From a virus, in IMG/VR virus record IMGVR_UViG_3300027760_000838: a stretch of DNA of 64,000 nt; one strand, 5' to 3'. Positions within the stretch are counted from its first letter, which is position 1; every line of letters starts with the position of its first letter. Both the position numbers and the translations under genes were made by a program. Positions 30,114 to 39,943 of this stretch are shown in pieces. The notes under the pieces are model-generated. The model saw only the letters and a program-made list of their open reading frames with translations, was not told the DNA's origin and did not search any database.

Positions 30114-30895
30114 AGGCTAGCAATAGCTTTCTTCAAGGCCACTTCTACGGGTTGTAGTGGGAATACAGCCTGTAATTTATCCACGTTCAATACGCAATTA
30201 CTTCTTGGTGCTACTGTTGCTGCCTTAAATTCTTCTTCAGTGAAGAATTCCTTTTCAATACCCATCATTTTTGTAATATCTTTGGCATTACTGGAACCAG
30301 GATTGCATACATTATAGATGCCAGGCTTGGGTAATTTGTTGGCAAAGAATACAGCCACGTCTGCCACATCAGGTACATAGCTCAAGCTGTTTTCGTAACT
30401 GATAAGTTTTTTATATTTTTTCATTTTGGTCAAAAAGTTTTTGTCATGATCTTCGTCGCCAAAAGGCATACGAATACGTAACAAATAGCTCTTATTCATA
30501 AATGCCGACAAAGCCTGTTGACCCAATGCTTTAGATCCACTATAAAAACTGCCGTTACCAAAAGTAAAGTTAGGCTCGTCTTCTTCAGTCCACCCGCCTT
30601 CTTTGTAACCTCCGTAGGTACATCCACTGCTAATATGCACAATAGGAATATCTTTATTGTTTGTTTCTAGCATCAATGGAAATACCACGTTGCCTTCAAT
30701 AGTTTCTGCTTTATTTGTTTCGCAAGCGTCAACATTGGGACTGCCAGTATAACCAGCAGCATTGATAATCACAGTAGTTCCTTTTGGAACTGGATCTGTA
30801 TGTCGAATCCATTCAAAATTATAAGTTAATTTCTTTGCAGTCAATGTTCTAGAAATATAATCGCCAATATATCCGTGCCCAATTAATGTAATCAT
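30110..30895 (-). CDS. NDP-4-keto-6-deoxyglucose 3,5-epimerase/4-reductase-like SDR (rhamnose pathway)
   Basis: [46 protein letters not shown]. Confidence 0.7.
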   Translation of the reverse strand: MITLIGHGYIGDYISRTLTAKKLTYNFEWIRHTDPVPKGTTVIINAAGYTGSPNVDACETNKAETIEGNVVFPLMLETNNKDIPIVHISSGCTYGGYKEGGWTEEDEPNFTFGNGSFYSGSKALGQQALSAFMNKSYLLRIRMPFGDEDHDKNFLTKMKKYKKLISYENSLSYVPDVADVAVFFANKLPKPGIYNVCNPGSSNAKDITKMMGIEKEFFTEEEFKAATVAPRSNCVLNVDKLQAVFPLQPVEVALKKAIASL

Positions 30896-30896
30896 T

Positions 30897-31595
30897 TTAT
30901 CTCCAATTATTAATAATGATTTTATCCTCTACATCTTCTAGATCAGGAGTTCCATGAAAGGCCAATACTGCTGTATTTTTATCAATGTCTGGTTCTCTTG
31001 TTTCTTTGAAAATCCATTTATCCTGTCGTCTAATCAATTCACTTTGATTTCGTATTTCCCATTTGTAACTCATGATCCAAGTTTTAGGATAGAATTTGAT
31101 ATGTTGTTTGGCACATTCCCAAATCCAATCTTGGTCCCCTCCTTTGTATCTCTTAGTTAATCCAGGTCTAAGATCTATAGCATCCCAAATATTGCTGTAC
31201 ATATTGCTAGGCCAACGTAGTACTGCACTGCCTAATTTTTGGGGTCTATTAAATACTCTGCCCACATCTTCTAATCCCACAAAGCTATCTGGATCATAAG
31301 TAACAAGTTTGTCTATGTTACTTATAATAACCATGTCTAAGTCAAAAAATAAATTAGTGTCTGCGGGGTCAAAATGCCCCATTTGAAACATATAAGTTTT
31401 CCACCACCAACCCGTGATCTCAGATCTATTGGGTAATGGTTTTATTTTGACACGGGAGTCGATGCCTTTGGAATCTTCAGTAAAACAAATGAACTTGTGA
31501 TCTATGGTCAAATGTCTTTGAACCATATTGTATAGTTTGTTTACATATTCTGAACCATACTTTGTGCCGTGTTTGACACAGATGACATTGAGCAT
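30897..31595 (-). CDS. GT-A fold glycosyltransferase
   Basis: ICVKHGTKYG.EYVNKL, FFDLD (DxD), GDQDWI, FHGTP. Confidence 0.75.
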   Translation of the reverse strand: MLNVICVKHGTKYGSEYVNKLYNMVQRHLTIDHKFICFTEDSKGIDSRVKIKPLPNRSEITGWWWKTYMFQMGHFDPADTNLFFDLDMVIISNIDKLVTYDPDSFVGLEDVGRVFNRPQKLGSAVLRWPSNMYSNIWDAIDLRPGLTKRYKGGDQDWIWECAKQHIKFYPKTWIMSYKWEIRNQSELIRRQDKWIFKETREPDIDKNTAVLAFHGTPDLEDVEDKIIINNWR

Positions 31596-31786
31596 TACCA
31601 GTGCCTTATAGTATTAGCCATGATAAACACGCAAGTAACCACATGTATTACTACCCAAAAGGTTTTTAGGAACAGAGCAATACGTGCTTCTTTTAATGTG
31701 AGGATAGGTACGTCTGGTCTATCCTCATCGGTATGACCCATTAAATGGCCAGTAGCCCTGGACCACACTCTTTCCAGACTGTTCAT
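31595..31786 (-). CDS. Small membrane protein
   Basis: 63 aa with a C-terminal hydrophobic helix; overlapping stop/start. Confidence 0.6.
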   Translation of the reverse strand: MNSLERVWSRATGHLMGHTDEDRPDVPILTLKEARIALFLKTFWVVIHVVTCVFIMANTIRHW

Positions 31787-32244
31787 CTTTCGTAAGTAGC
31801 AGCATTAGCACCGTGTTCAAAAACTTCCACGCTTTTGATTCTAACGGTGGGGTTAGTGGGATAACGTGTTAGACCATTGACTAGAATTTTGTCCATTTTA
31901 TCAAAACATAATTTGGCAAACATTTCACAGCCCACAGCATCTACTACTCTGACATCTGCTAATTTGCCGTCTAATGCTACTAATGTGGCAAACTCTGGGT
32001 CGTCTTTGGCAATGACCAATGTGTGATCAAACATATGATCAGCCCATGTTTTGAACTCTTTCATGCCACCAAAGTCCATGCACCAATTTTTGTCATCAAG
32101 TGTGTCACACTCAAAAACTAATTTAATGCCAATACTATAACCGTGTAGTAAACTGCAATGACTATGAGTAGCTCTCCACTGTCTAAAACAGCAACTCAAT
32201 CCTCTGTCATTACCATATGTCTTCGTCGAATAAAACTTAGCCAC
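31783..32244 (-). CDS. queD: 6-carboxytetrahydropterin/6-pyruvoyltetrahydropterin synthase (QueD/PTPS)
   Basis: HSHCSLLHGYS, DFG, FDHT, GCE motifs; GTG start with AAGGAGG SD. Confidence 0.85.
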   Translation of the reverse strand: MAKFYSTKTYGNDRGLSCCFRQWRATHSHCSLLHGYSIGIKLVFECDTLDDKNWCMDFGGMKEFKTWADHMFDHTLVIAKDDPEFATLVALDGKLADVRVVDAVGCEMFAKLCFDKMDKILVNGLTRYPTNPTVRIKSVEVFEHGANAATYER

Positions 32245-32324
32245 CTCTTGCCTCCTTTATGAGTAAGTTTGATGACATGCAGAATATTTAGAGAGGGTTG
32301 AACGTCTTAGTCCTCTGTGTGTAT

Positions 32325-32352
32325 ATTATATATGCTTTATCTATTAAGTCAA
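32325..32352 (-). promoter_or_regulatory. Sigma70-type promoter TTGACT-N16-TATAAT for queD
   Basis: Near-consensus hexamers. Confidence 0.65.
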
Positions 32353-32358
32353 CTGTTT

Positions 32359-33846
32359 TTATTGTTTATCTGTATAGATTCTACCAAATGGAGCCCAACC
32401 GCCAGGTGCTCCATCTCTTACACAGACCCATCCAATATATCCTTCGATAGCAGGATTTTCATTCCATACAATGTCGCCTTTTTTATGTTGACCGGATTGT
32501 GGAATACTATAACTTACTTGGAATTTTTTACCATTCAAACTCATAGAATCATTTAGTGCCAGGTCTACATCAGGGTCTGGATTGGTTACATTTACATTTA
32601 GTTGACCGTATACAATGACCTTTCTACTAACATTGTCTCCATGACCTATTTGAATATCACCATTAGATACAATTTTAAATTCTGTTTCAGCATTACAGCT
32701 AATAGCAAAGGTCTTTTCTGAGCTTAAAATTGCAGTATTAAGTGTTTTGACATTTAATGTATCTTTAAATTCAGCTGGGCCTTCCACGGTTAAATCTCTT
32801 AATACACCAAGTTTAGTTAAACTACTTTCACTGACGCTATCACCTAATGTGGTTTTACTTAACACCAACATTTTGTTTATGGAAAACCATTTGCCATCGG
32901 ACAGATCAATTGTTTCTGTACTCCAAATTCTATCAGGACCAGCAGTAAAAAATAAATGTTTATTTTGTTGATCTTGTTGCCAAAGAAATCCAGTACCATA
33001 TACATTGCTGCTTTCAGTAGATCTAAATATTACGGGAACATTTTTTTCATTTGTATTAGTGACAATTTCGTCTACTTCTAAACGACCATAAATTTTAACA
33101 TTGGCATTTTTGTATTTGGGATTGCCAAATATAACTTCTCCAGTATTTTTAATACTCATTCTTGTTTTATGATCTGTACCAAAATCCACACTGGAACTAT
33201 TAAAAGTGCCAATAAAAGCCACATCATTTTCAAAACTACCTAGAATGATTTCTACATTGTTATCTAGTACACTGAAAGTAGAATTGGGGTTTTCTGTATT
33301 AATACCAATTCTATTATTGTAAGAATTGAAAAACACCCAATTATCAAATTCTACCTGTCCTGATACTTTAAGTCCGTTTAATTCACCTACTTTGGTTAAA
33401 TTACTATTGACAACACTGCTACCTAATGTGGTTGCAGATAGCACTGGGATTTTATCTATAAGATAGCTACGAGTCCTGGCCAAATCAATGTCCATTGTAC
33501 TCCACATTCTATTGCCTTCTTTAAAGACAAATTGTTTGCTGCCATTGCCATCAGTAAACAATAGTCCTTTACCATCTAGATCCTTTTCAGTTTTGCCTGT
33601 AAAAACAGTTGTTGCGGCTCCTTTGTCAGCAGCCGCCGAATCTGAAATGATATTGTTAACTCTAATAGTATCAGCAGTAATAACACCTGCTACATCAAGG
33701 TTTCTTTTAGTCTTTATATCTTTGTCAATATAAAGAGTGCCTTGTATTTGAATATCATCATTGGCAGTAACAGGCCCGTCAATTTCTCTTACATTGAGTT
33801 TTTTAATAACTAATGCATCATCAACAATGGAAAGTAGTGAATTCAT
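32359..33846 (-). CDS. Putative tail/fibre structural protein (beta-helix-like repeats)
   Basis: RIGINTENP motif; duplicated LG.SV..S.LTK.G.L module; GATAAATA at 33867-33874. Confidence 0.7.
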   Translation of the reverse strand: MNSLLSIVDDALVIKKLNVREIDGPVTANDDIQIQGTLYIDKDIKTKRNLDVAGVITADTIRVNNIISDSAAADKGAATTVFTGKTEKDLDGKGLLFTDGNGSKQFVFKEGNRMWSTMDIDLARTRSYLIDKIPVLSATTLGSSVVNSNLTKVGELNGLKVSGQVEFDNWVFFNSYNNRIGINTENPNSTFSVLDNNVEIILGSFENDVAFIGTFNSSSVDFGTDHKTRMSIKNTGEVIFGNPKYKNANVKIYGRLEVDEIVTNTNEKNVPVIFRSTESSNVYGTGFLWQQDQQNKHLFFTAGPDRIWSTETIDLSDGKWFSINKMLVLSKTTLGDSVSESSLTKLGVLRDLTVEGPAEFKDTLNVKTLNTAILSSEKTFAISCNAETEFKIVSNGDIQIGHGDNVSRKVIVYGQLNVNVTNPDPDVDLALNDSMSLNGKKFQVSYSIPQSGQHKKGDIVWNENPAIEGYIGWVCVRDGAPGGWAPFGRIYTDKQ

Positions 33847-33902
33847 ATGGTCTCTCAGGTTTTTGATATTTATCTAAAGACAACATCAAAAACCCAAGAA
33901 AC

Positions 33903-35093
33903 TTAGGCCACTTTCAACAATACAATCTCTTCATTGATACGACCATTCATTTTGGCATCTACGCTGTTAATATCATCCAAGAACTTGCGTAGTGCTACCT
34001 TGCCAGCTGACTTAAATGCTTTTAGCTGTTCATCAGGCTTGCGTAGCGTCTTTTGTACGCTTTTAGTCTCATCGTAGCCTGTAATAGTAGCACCTTTAAC
34101 TCCAAGGTCGCTGAAGTCAGCAGCCACGTACTTGCCCAATTTGCGATACTTGGTATTGTACGTCCAAAGCTCCTTGGCGCCAATGATGTCCTGTGGGTCA
34201 ATACTGACCAATTTCAAGGGCTCATCAGTCTTTTTGTACTTGAGACGACTAACTGCTTTGGCCTTATCCGTGGGCTTCTTAGCACGTGGCTTACGAGTAA
34301 CTTTGGCTTCCTGCATGAGCATAGTACACGCTTCGTTGATCTCTTTCAAAAAGTCAATCAATTTACGGATATGCTTACGGCTACGATTGCTATAGCCTTC
34401 ACGCAATTGCTCATCTGCCCGGCCACTGGACAAGAGTTCAAGTTCTGCAAGATCCTTTGCATAAAACTCGCGGATCACACGAGCATGTCCTGCTTTGGCT
34501 TTTTTGCCTTTGAGCAAGTTAAGCACTTTGAATGATTTTGGGTCAAATGCCTCGGCGTCTTTGTGCCAGTTTTCAATGGCCTGTTCAATTTCTTCAGTCA
34601 TGCCTAAACTGGTATCTTGCATACGCTCTTGGATACTGATCTGGGGTCCAAGTACTTTGGCTTCAGCTTCTTCCTGTTCGCGGATATCTTCCCGTCCATC
34701 TTCAATGATAGAGGCAATTTCATCACGGAGCCAAGCTTCTGTATTCTTACTTTGGTTGAACCCCAATTTCACAGCAGGCATACCGCGTAAAAGATTGGCA
34801 GCAATGGCGCCTGCTGTTACACTACAACGCCAATCTTTAGTAGTCTTAAATGCAACAATGTCAGATTTGCTGTAGTCATTTTTAGTCATCCAATCGATGA
34901 CCTTGGGCTTAAGATCCCTTGCGCTAAACCCAGTTCTATAGAAAGCCATAGCGTTGTGAAAATACAACGTAAACTCGCCAACAGTCATATCCTCTTGACC
35001 TTGCCAACTTGGGCTCGTATCTTTTTTGCTTGTAGCACGATGCTCGGCAATGCGTTTAGCACTGACTTTGGTAGTTTTGGGTGTCGCAGCCAT
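33903..35093 (-). CDS. Hypothetical phage protein (396 aa), early-promoter driven
   Basis: Long ORF with a consensus sigma70 promoter upstream. Confidence 0.8.
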   Translation of the reverse strand: MAATPKTTKVSAKRIAEHRATSKKDTSPSWQGQEDMTVGEFTLYFHNAMAFYRTGFSARDLKPKVIDWMTKNDYSKSDIVAFKTTKDWRCSVTAGAIAANLLRGMPAVKLGFNQSKNTEAWLRDEIASIIEDGREDIREQEEAEAKVLGPQISIQERMQDTSLGMTEEIEQAIENWHKDAEAFDPKSFKVLNLLKGKKAKAGHARVIREFYAKDLAELELLSSGRADEQLREGYSNRSRKHIRKLIDFLKEINEACTMLMQEAKVTRKPRAKKPTDKAKAVSRLKYKKTDEPLKLVSIDPQDIIGAKELWTYNTKYRKLGKYVAADFSDLGVKGATITGYDETKSVQKTLRKPDEQLKAFKSAGKVALRKFLDDINSVDAKMNGRINEEIVLLKVA

Positions 35094-35125
35094 TTAGTTC
35101 TCCAATTAACTTAGCTAATATAGTA

Positions 35126-35154
35126 ATTATACAGCCAGATGATGTTTTTGTCAA
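35126..35154 (-). promoter_or_regulatory. Perfect sigma70 promoter TTGACA-N17-TATAAT
   Basis: Exact consensus, 17-nt spacer. Confidence 0.85.
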
Positions 35155-35156
35155 TA

Positions 35157-35185
35157 GAAAAGTCTGGGATTTTACCCCCAGACTT
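35157..35185 (-). terminator. Probable intrinsic terminator
   Basis: 9-bp stem AAGTCTGGG/CCCAGACTT with a short U-run, directly before the next -35. Confidence 0.5.
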
Positions 35186-35432
35186 CATTATAGGCCCTTA
35201 AGGCCATTTGCCTTGCCAAAAATAATCTTAGCTTGACGTAGTCATTGATTGGGAATTCCTCCCAACCATTTTTGACTACTTCTGGACGACGATATCCATT
35301 GTGTAGGTCTAAGTCCTCGACAGTGGTGCCATCGTCATCATCATCCCAACAAAGATTACTTAGCTGCGGGTGCTGTGGTGGCAGCAGGCGTAGCAGCCTT
35401 TGCTTCGACTTTGGCAGCAGCCTTGACTTCAC
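35172..35432 (-). CDS. Hypothetical protein, start uncertain
   Basis: C-terminal half looks protein-like; the only start found (GTG) lies inside the upstream gene. Confidence 0.4.
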   Translation of the reverse strand: MKSRLLPKSKQRLLRLLPPQHPQLSNLCWDDDDDGTTVEDLDLHNGYRRPEVVKNGWEEFPINDYVKLRLFLARQMALRAYNEVWG

Positions 35433-35616
35433 TTTTGGCAGGCTTGGCTACATCATTCTTGTCCTGTTTGGTAACTGCATCTACTTTAGCAGGAGCAGCA
35501 GGGGCGGTAGCAGGGGCTACAACAGGGGCAGTAGCAGCAGCTGGTGCCTTAGGTGCTTCAGCAGCAAATGCAGTAGCAGCGAACAAACTAGCGATTACGG
35601 TTACGATTGATTTCAT
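35356..35616 (-). CDS. Secreted Ala/Pro/Lys-rich small protein with signal peptide
   Basis: MKSIVTVIASLFAATAFA|AEAPKAPAAAT; SD AAGGA; start set at 35616. Confidence 0.75.
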   Translation of the reverse strand: MKSIVTVIASLFAATAFAAEAPKAPAAATAPVVAPATAPAAPAKVDAVTKQDKNDVAKPAKSEVKAAAKVEAKAATPAATTAPAAK

Positions 35617-35698
35617 TTTAAATTTCCTTTTTAAGTTAAGCACAGAAATTGCTCTGTGTACATATATTAACGCTTGAGCTAATAGTTTAGTTGACAAA

Positions 35699-36442
35699 TT
35701 AATCCCACAAACCTTGATAATATTTGCCAAAAAGTTTTAGTCCATTGTTAATTCGATTTTGATGAGCGGTCATACCATCATGATCAATTTTGGCAGTATG
35801 ATTGGGACCATCTTTCATTTCATACATGGTAGGCTTGCCATCCTCATCCCATTCAGTGGGAACACTACGCAAGTCATACTCTCCTGTTCGGTATTGTTCT
35901 TCCCAATCACAATCAGGATGTAATTGTTCAAATGTCCAAATTAGTTCGTCCATGATCCAATCCCAACGAAGGAAATGATTGCTGTCAGTATCCCATTCGT
36001 TTTCTCGTGGTTCTGCCGCAGTACTACGCAAATGTTCTGGAACGTCATCATCGTCCACTAAGGGAGCACCATGCTTGGTCTCATGAAGTTGTTTGAGCAT
36101 GGGCAAGATGATCATGCTCAGTGTGGAGTCCATGCCCCAGGTATCATAACGATCAATACGGATTTTAACCTTGCGTTTGCGTTTGCTTTCTACCCAAAGT
36201 AAAAAACGGTAAAGAAGTGTATTGGGACGTTCTTTGCGACTAAGAATTTCCATGCCAGTTCTGAACTCTGGCTCAGGTTCTACGCTACCATGAGCCAGCC
36301 ATTCTCCAAAGTTATGGACCCAATCTGGTTTAGATTCAATACCGTATTTGTCCTTTACGGGCTTGGCCCAAAAGCATAACTTTTCGGCTAGTTGGTAAGG
36401 GCCAAACCAGTTCTTATAGGGTCCAATATAAACTTTCATCAC
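35699..36442 (-). CDS. Hypothetical phage protein (247 aa)
   Basis: Trp-rich ORF ending GLKLFGKYYQGLWD. Confidence 0.8.
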   Translation of the reverse strand: MMKVYIGPYKNWFGPYQLAEKLCFWAKPVKDKYGIESKPDWVHNFGEWLAHGSVEPEPEFRTGMEILSRKERPNTLLYRFLLWVESKRKRKVKIRIDRYDTWGMDSTLSMIILPMLKQLHETKHGAPLVDDDDVPEHLRSTAAEPRENEWDTDSNHFLRWDWIMDELIWTFEQLHPDCDWEEQYRTGEYDLRSVPTEWDEDGKPTMYEMKDGPNHTAKIDHDGMTAHQNRINNGLKLFGKYYQGLWD

Positions 36443-36533
36443 ACACGCCTATTTAAAATAAAGCCTTTAGTATAGACTAGAAATGCTCGGCCAGTTCTAA
36501 TCATTTGCTTGAAATAATATTTACGATAAGACA

Positions 36534-37220
36534 TTACTCTTTCTTGTCACCAAACAATTGTAGCAAGCTTAGGAATAGATTGATAAAATCCATATACAAT
36601 GTCAATGCACCCATAATTTCCAAACGGTGATCGTCATCATACATCAGTGTTTCACGAATCTTTTGAGTGTCGTATGCAGTAAGTCCAGTAAAGATCACAA
36701 TGGCCAATGCACTAACTACTTGTGCCAATGGACCACTTTGTAGGAAAATGTTAATTATACTGGTAATACAGATAGCAATCAAGCCTATCATTAGCCATTT
36801 TCCAACGCTATCCAAACTGCGTTTAGTAAAGTATCCATAAAAACTCATCACACCAAACAATACTGCGGCAGCCATAAAAGCACCAGCAATACTGCCCATT
36901 TGGTAAACAGCAAAAATCACAGCAAAACTCAAGCCCATAGCTGCCGCAAATATATGAAGTAGAACGGGCGCCATGGTCTTGCCGGCATTACTAATCGCCC
37001 ATGGAATAGCAAAGGCCAATACCAATGGCAAAAACATCACAATCCATTTCATGATGCCAGTAAAGAAAAATGCCAGCAATGTTGGGGTTGTTCCAACAAA
37101 ATAACTAATGATCATTGAGGTGATTACGGCTAACCCCATATGTCCATAAACACGTGCCATGGCTGTGTTAATAGACTCGGCACCTCTATAACTGCTTCCG
37201 TAATAACTAGTTCCGTACAT
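36534..37220 (-). CDS. Bax inhibitor-1/YccA family membrane protein
   Basis: About seven TM helices; YGYFTKRSL, TAYDTQKI, ALTLYMDFINLFL.LL. Confidence 0.9.
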   Translation of the reverse strand: MYGTSYYGSSYRGAESINTAMARVYGHMGLAVITSMIISYFVGTTPTLLAFFFTGIMKWIVMFLPLVLAFAIPWAISNAGKTMAPVLLHIFAAAMGLSFAVIFAVYQMGSIAGAFMAAAVLFGVMSFYGYFTKRSLDSVGKWLMIGLIAICITSIINIFLQSGPLAQVVSALAIVIFTGLTAYDTQKIRETLMYDDDHRLEIMGALTLYMDFINLFLSLLQLFGDKKE

Positions 37221-37223
37221 AAT

Positions 37224-37592
37224 TTACTCCTTTGTCAAAAATGGTTTAAGATTGGGTGGTGTCCAACCCACAGGTTTGAGCACTTTGCCATCTTCACGTT
37301 TACGAACCTTGCCAGTATCTTTGTCAATTTTGGCAAAGTTAGTATTCATAACTTCACGCCAGGCACCTTCTCCATCTGCGCCCATTGAATGGATAGCACC
37401 GATGGTCACAACTAGAATGTCAATAAGAGCATCTAGTGTTTCTAACTGGTCGTGATTATTTACTGCTTCGTTAAGTTCTTTAAATTCTTCTTCAATCAGG
37501 CCCACGTACATGGCAAATTGTTGTTGATCGAATTTGCCTGTAGCTTGGTCACAGGCTCGCATAAATTTTTCTTGGTCTCTAAATAAGTTCAT
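37224..37592 (-). CDS. MazG-like/PRA-PH family NTP pyrophosphohydrolase
   Basis: LIEEEFKEL, ETLDALID, EVMNTNFAK, REDGKVLKP. Confidence 0.82.
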   Translation of the reverse strand: MNLFRDQEKFMRACDQATGKFDQQQFAMYVGLIEEEFKELNEAVNNHDQLETLDALIDILVVTIGAIHSMGADGEGAWREVMNTNFAKIDKDTGKVRKREDGKVLKPVGWTPPNLKPFLTKE

Positions 37593-37821
37593 AATTTCTC
37601 AATGCATCCATAGTTAATTCTTTGCCATAAACATTGGCCACGGGTTCGAGCCAACCCATTGATATTGCTCGAATAATAACTTCTCTATAATCTTCTGGAC
37701 ATTCAGTATTAATTTGAAAAGCAGCTCTTGGAACATGTACCAGACCACTTTTGAGAATGAATTTTGGATCACCCCTACGAATAGTTCGAATATTGGTTGG
37801 AGGGTGCTGTTTATAGTTCAA
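37579..37821 (-). CDS. Hypothetical protein (80 aa)
   Basis: Overlapping stop/start with neighbours. Confidence 0.6.
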   Translation of the reverse strand: MNYKQHPPTNIRTIRRGDPKFILKSGLVHVPRAAFQINTECPEDYREVIIRAISMGWLEPVANVYGKELTMDALRNYELI

Positions 37822-39146
37822 ATCTTTTCTCCTGGTACAAATCCACGAAAACGTAAAAAACGGGGGAAGCGCATACTGTATGATCCATCTTGGTTTTGAG
37901 TTACGGCATCAGCACGTACTTCAACAATTTGACCAACGAGCTGATCACGAGCAGACCAAAACTGATCTCGATCACTGTCGCTAAAGCCACTACCCACATT
38001 GACTCGTATAAGTCTCCCATCATCCTCACCTGAGCAAACGAAAGCTCCAAGGCGTCCTGCATTTCTTCCAGTGCCCTCTTCAACATCCACAATCTCCAAA
38101 CTAGCTTCAATAAATGGTTTTAGTTTAAGCCAAGCAAAACTGCGTTTACATTCGTAAGGAGCATCCAAATCTTTGATCATGATGCCTTCATAACCGCCTT
38201 TGATTGCCTCTGCATTGATTTCACTGAAACGACGTTGCCCTTCATCAGTGTCCAAGTCTACAGTTTCTTGCCCAACAATTTCAATATTGGGGGTTTCCTC
38301 TAGCCAAAGATTTTTCCAAGCACGTAATTTTTTACTGCGTTTTTCTTGGCCTTTATTCCAACGTCCGTGTTCAAATGCAAATAAAGGAATAAAATCAAAC
38401 AAGTGTAGTACAGCATCTTGGCTTTGAACGTTACTTTTACGATGTACTTGTTTCATTAAATCTTGAAAACTACTGCTCATTACTTCGCCGTCCAAGACCA
38501 CAGGTTCAGTAATGCCAGTCACTGTCCTTCTAAGTTGTTCTACAATATGTGGGAAGTTCAGGAGTTCTTTACCATTACGGCTAAACTGATCCACTCGACC
38601 ATCTGGATAAAGTACAGAAAGTACGCGAACACCGTCCAGTTTAACTTCAATACACTTCTTTCCTGAAACTCGTGATTCGTGACCACTACTATCATGAGCG
38701 AGTTGACAAGCAAAAGTAGGGATAACATAGTCTGCATAATGTTTCTTTGTTACTTTGTTAATAGTCACTTCGCTGACGCCGCAACGAAGATCTTTGATTA
38801 AGATACGACGATACCAACCATTCCATTGTTTTTGAGTCGCTGACAACATAAGATGTTGAATCATATCACGGGCCATATTGCCAGTAATTTGACGGTTAAC
38901 AAATCCTGTAATGGCCAATGTAAAGGCGTCCCAAGACAGGCCTGTTGGACTGGTTTGTGGATCCTTGTCAGTCTTTTCCGGCACTTTTTTAATGCCAAAA
39001 GTAATCATGGGATCCAATGCCAGCTTGAATCCCTCAAACAGTTCTCGATTACCTTGTTCAGCCTGAGCAAGAATAATAGCTTCTTTGTTCAAGCGACTAG
39101 GGTGTTGTTCCAAAGCGGATATTACAAGTTCACAAGGGTCAGCCAT
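37818..39146 (-). CDS. ATP-dependent DNA ligase
   Basis: KLDGVR (KxDG), LDGE, EGIMIK, WLKLKP, OB-fold RFPRF; start set at MADPC (SD AGGA). Confidence 0.95.
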   Translation of the reverse strand: MADPCELVISALEQHPSRLNKEAIILAQAEQGNRELFEGFKLALDPMITFGIKKVPEKTDKDPQTSPTGLSWDAFTLAITGFVNRQITGNMARDMIQHLMLSATQKQWNGWYRRILIKDLRCGVSEVTINKVTKKHYADYVIPTFACQLAHDSSGHESRVSGKKCIEVKLDGVRVLSVLYPDGRVDQFSRNGKELLNFPHIVEQLRRTVTGITEPVVLDGEVMSSSFQDLMKQVHRKSNVQSQDAVLHLFDFIPLFAFEHGRWNKGQEKRSKKLRAWKNLWLEETPNIEIVGQETVDLDTDEGQRRFSEINAEAIKGGYEGIMIKDLDAPYECKRSFAWLKLKPFIEASLEIVDVEEGTGRNAGRLGAFVCSGEDDGRLIRVNVGSGFSDSDRDQFWSARDQLVGQIVEVRADAVTQNQDGSYSMRFPRFLRFRGFVPGEKI

Positions 39147-39177
39147 TTCAGTCCTAGATTGGTTGTACAATGTGTAT

Positions 39178-39206
39178 ATTATATATGCTTGGAATTAATA
39201 AGTCAA
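39178..39206 (-). promoter_or_regulatory. Sigma70-type promoter TTGACT-N17-TATAAT for the ligase
   Basis: Near-consensus hexamers. Confidence 0.7.
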
Positions 39207-39914
39207 GTGTCTATCAGTTCGAAATGGTTTATCTATGTCGATATTAGGCAGATAAGCGACAATTTTTCTTTTCAAACTTTTTATTACTGGATGTTCATGA
39301 TTGTGTTCAAACACTTCCATATAACTTTTGAAAGCATTATGACGGGATTTACGGTAGTTGTTAGTGTCTAGCCATGTTTTACTACTGTTAATATCATTGC
39401 CAAATTTGTGCCAAAGATCTGTAGCTATGTTAAAAGCATATGCACCGACTTCATCTCTATGACCATAATATTCCTGATTGCCATTTTGGCTATGGGCTAT
39501 AGTAGCATGTCCTTTAAGCTCTTTCCAACCTCTAGAACGATATTGACGCATATGTATCATTTCGTGGAATACAACATCCACTATGAGTTTGGACAATCTT
39601 TTGTGATTAATATAGGTAAGATCAATGTGTGTATCTTTGTTATTGAAATGAAATTCTATTTGAATAGGTGTCAATCCTTCTAGATCTCTGTCACTGAAAT
39701 AAAAGCCACTGACATACAGTTCGCCTGGGCCTATTTTGGCACTACGGCAATTTCTTATATTAACAGGGATTAAGCTTTTGAGATGTTTGCTGGTATTTTT
39801 TTGTAGAGTTTTAATTTCTACGTTTTCTAATTCGTTGGAGAGTAGATTTCCCAGCACTTGATTATACAGTGCGTTTTGTGTTAGTTCGAACCAGTTAAAA
39901 CCTCGTCTTGCCAT
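39195..39914 (-). CDS. Hypothetical protein with HExxH zincin motif
   Basis: HEMIH plus downstream DEVGAYA; SD GAGG. Confidence 0.65.
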   Translation of the reverse strand: MARRGFNWFELTQNALYNQVLGNLLSNELENVEIKTLQKNTSKHLKSLIPVNIRNCRSAKIGPGELYVSGFYFSDRDLEGLTPIQIEFHFNNKDTHIDLTYINHKRLSKLIVDVVFHEMIHMRQYRSRGWKELKGHATIAHSQNGNQEYYGHRDEVGAYAFNIATDLWHKFGNDINSSKTWLDTNNYRKSRHNAFKSYMEVFEHNHEHPVIKSLKRKIVAYLPNIDIDKPFRTDRHLTY

Positions 39915-39943
39915 ACACACCTCACACTGTATTTATTCATTTT

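Noticed and set aside
31783-32244. Complete 7-deazaguanine DNA-modification pathway
   Set aside because: Only queD and divergent QueC-like genes are visible; folE, queE and dpdA are not in this window
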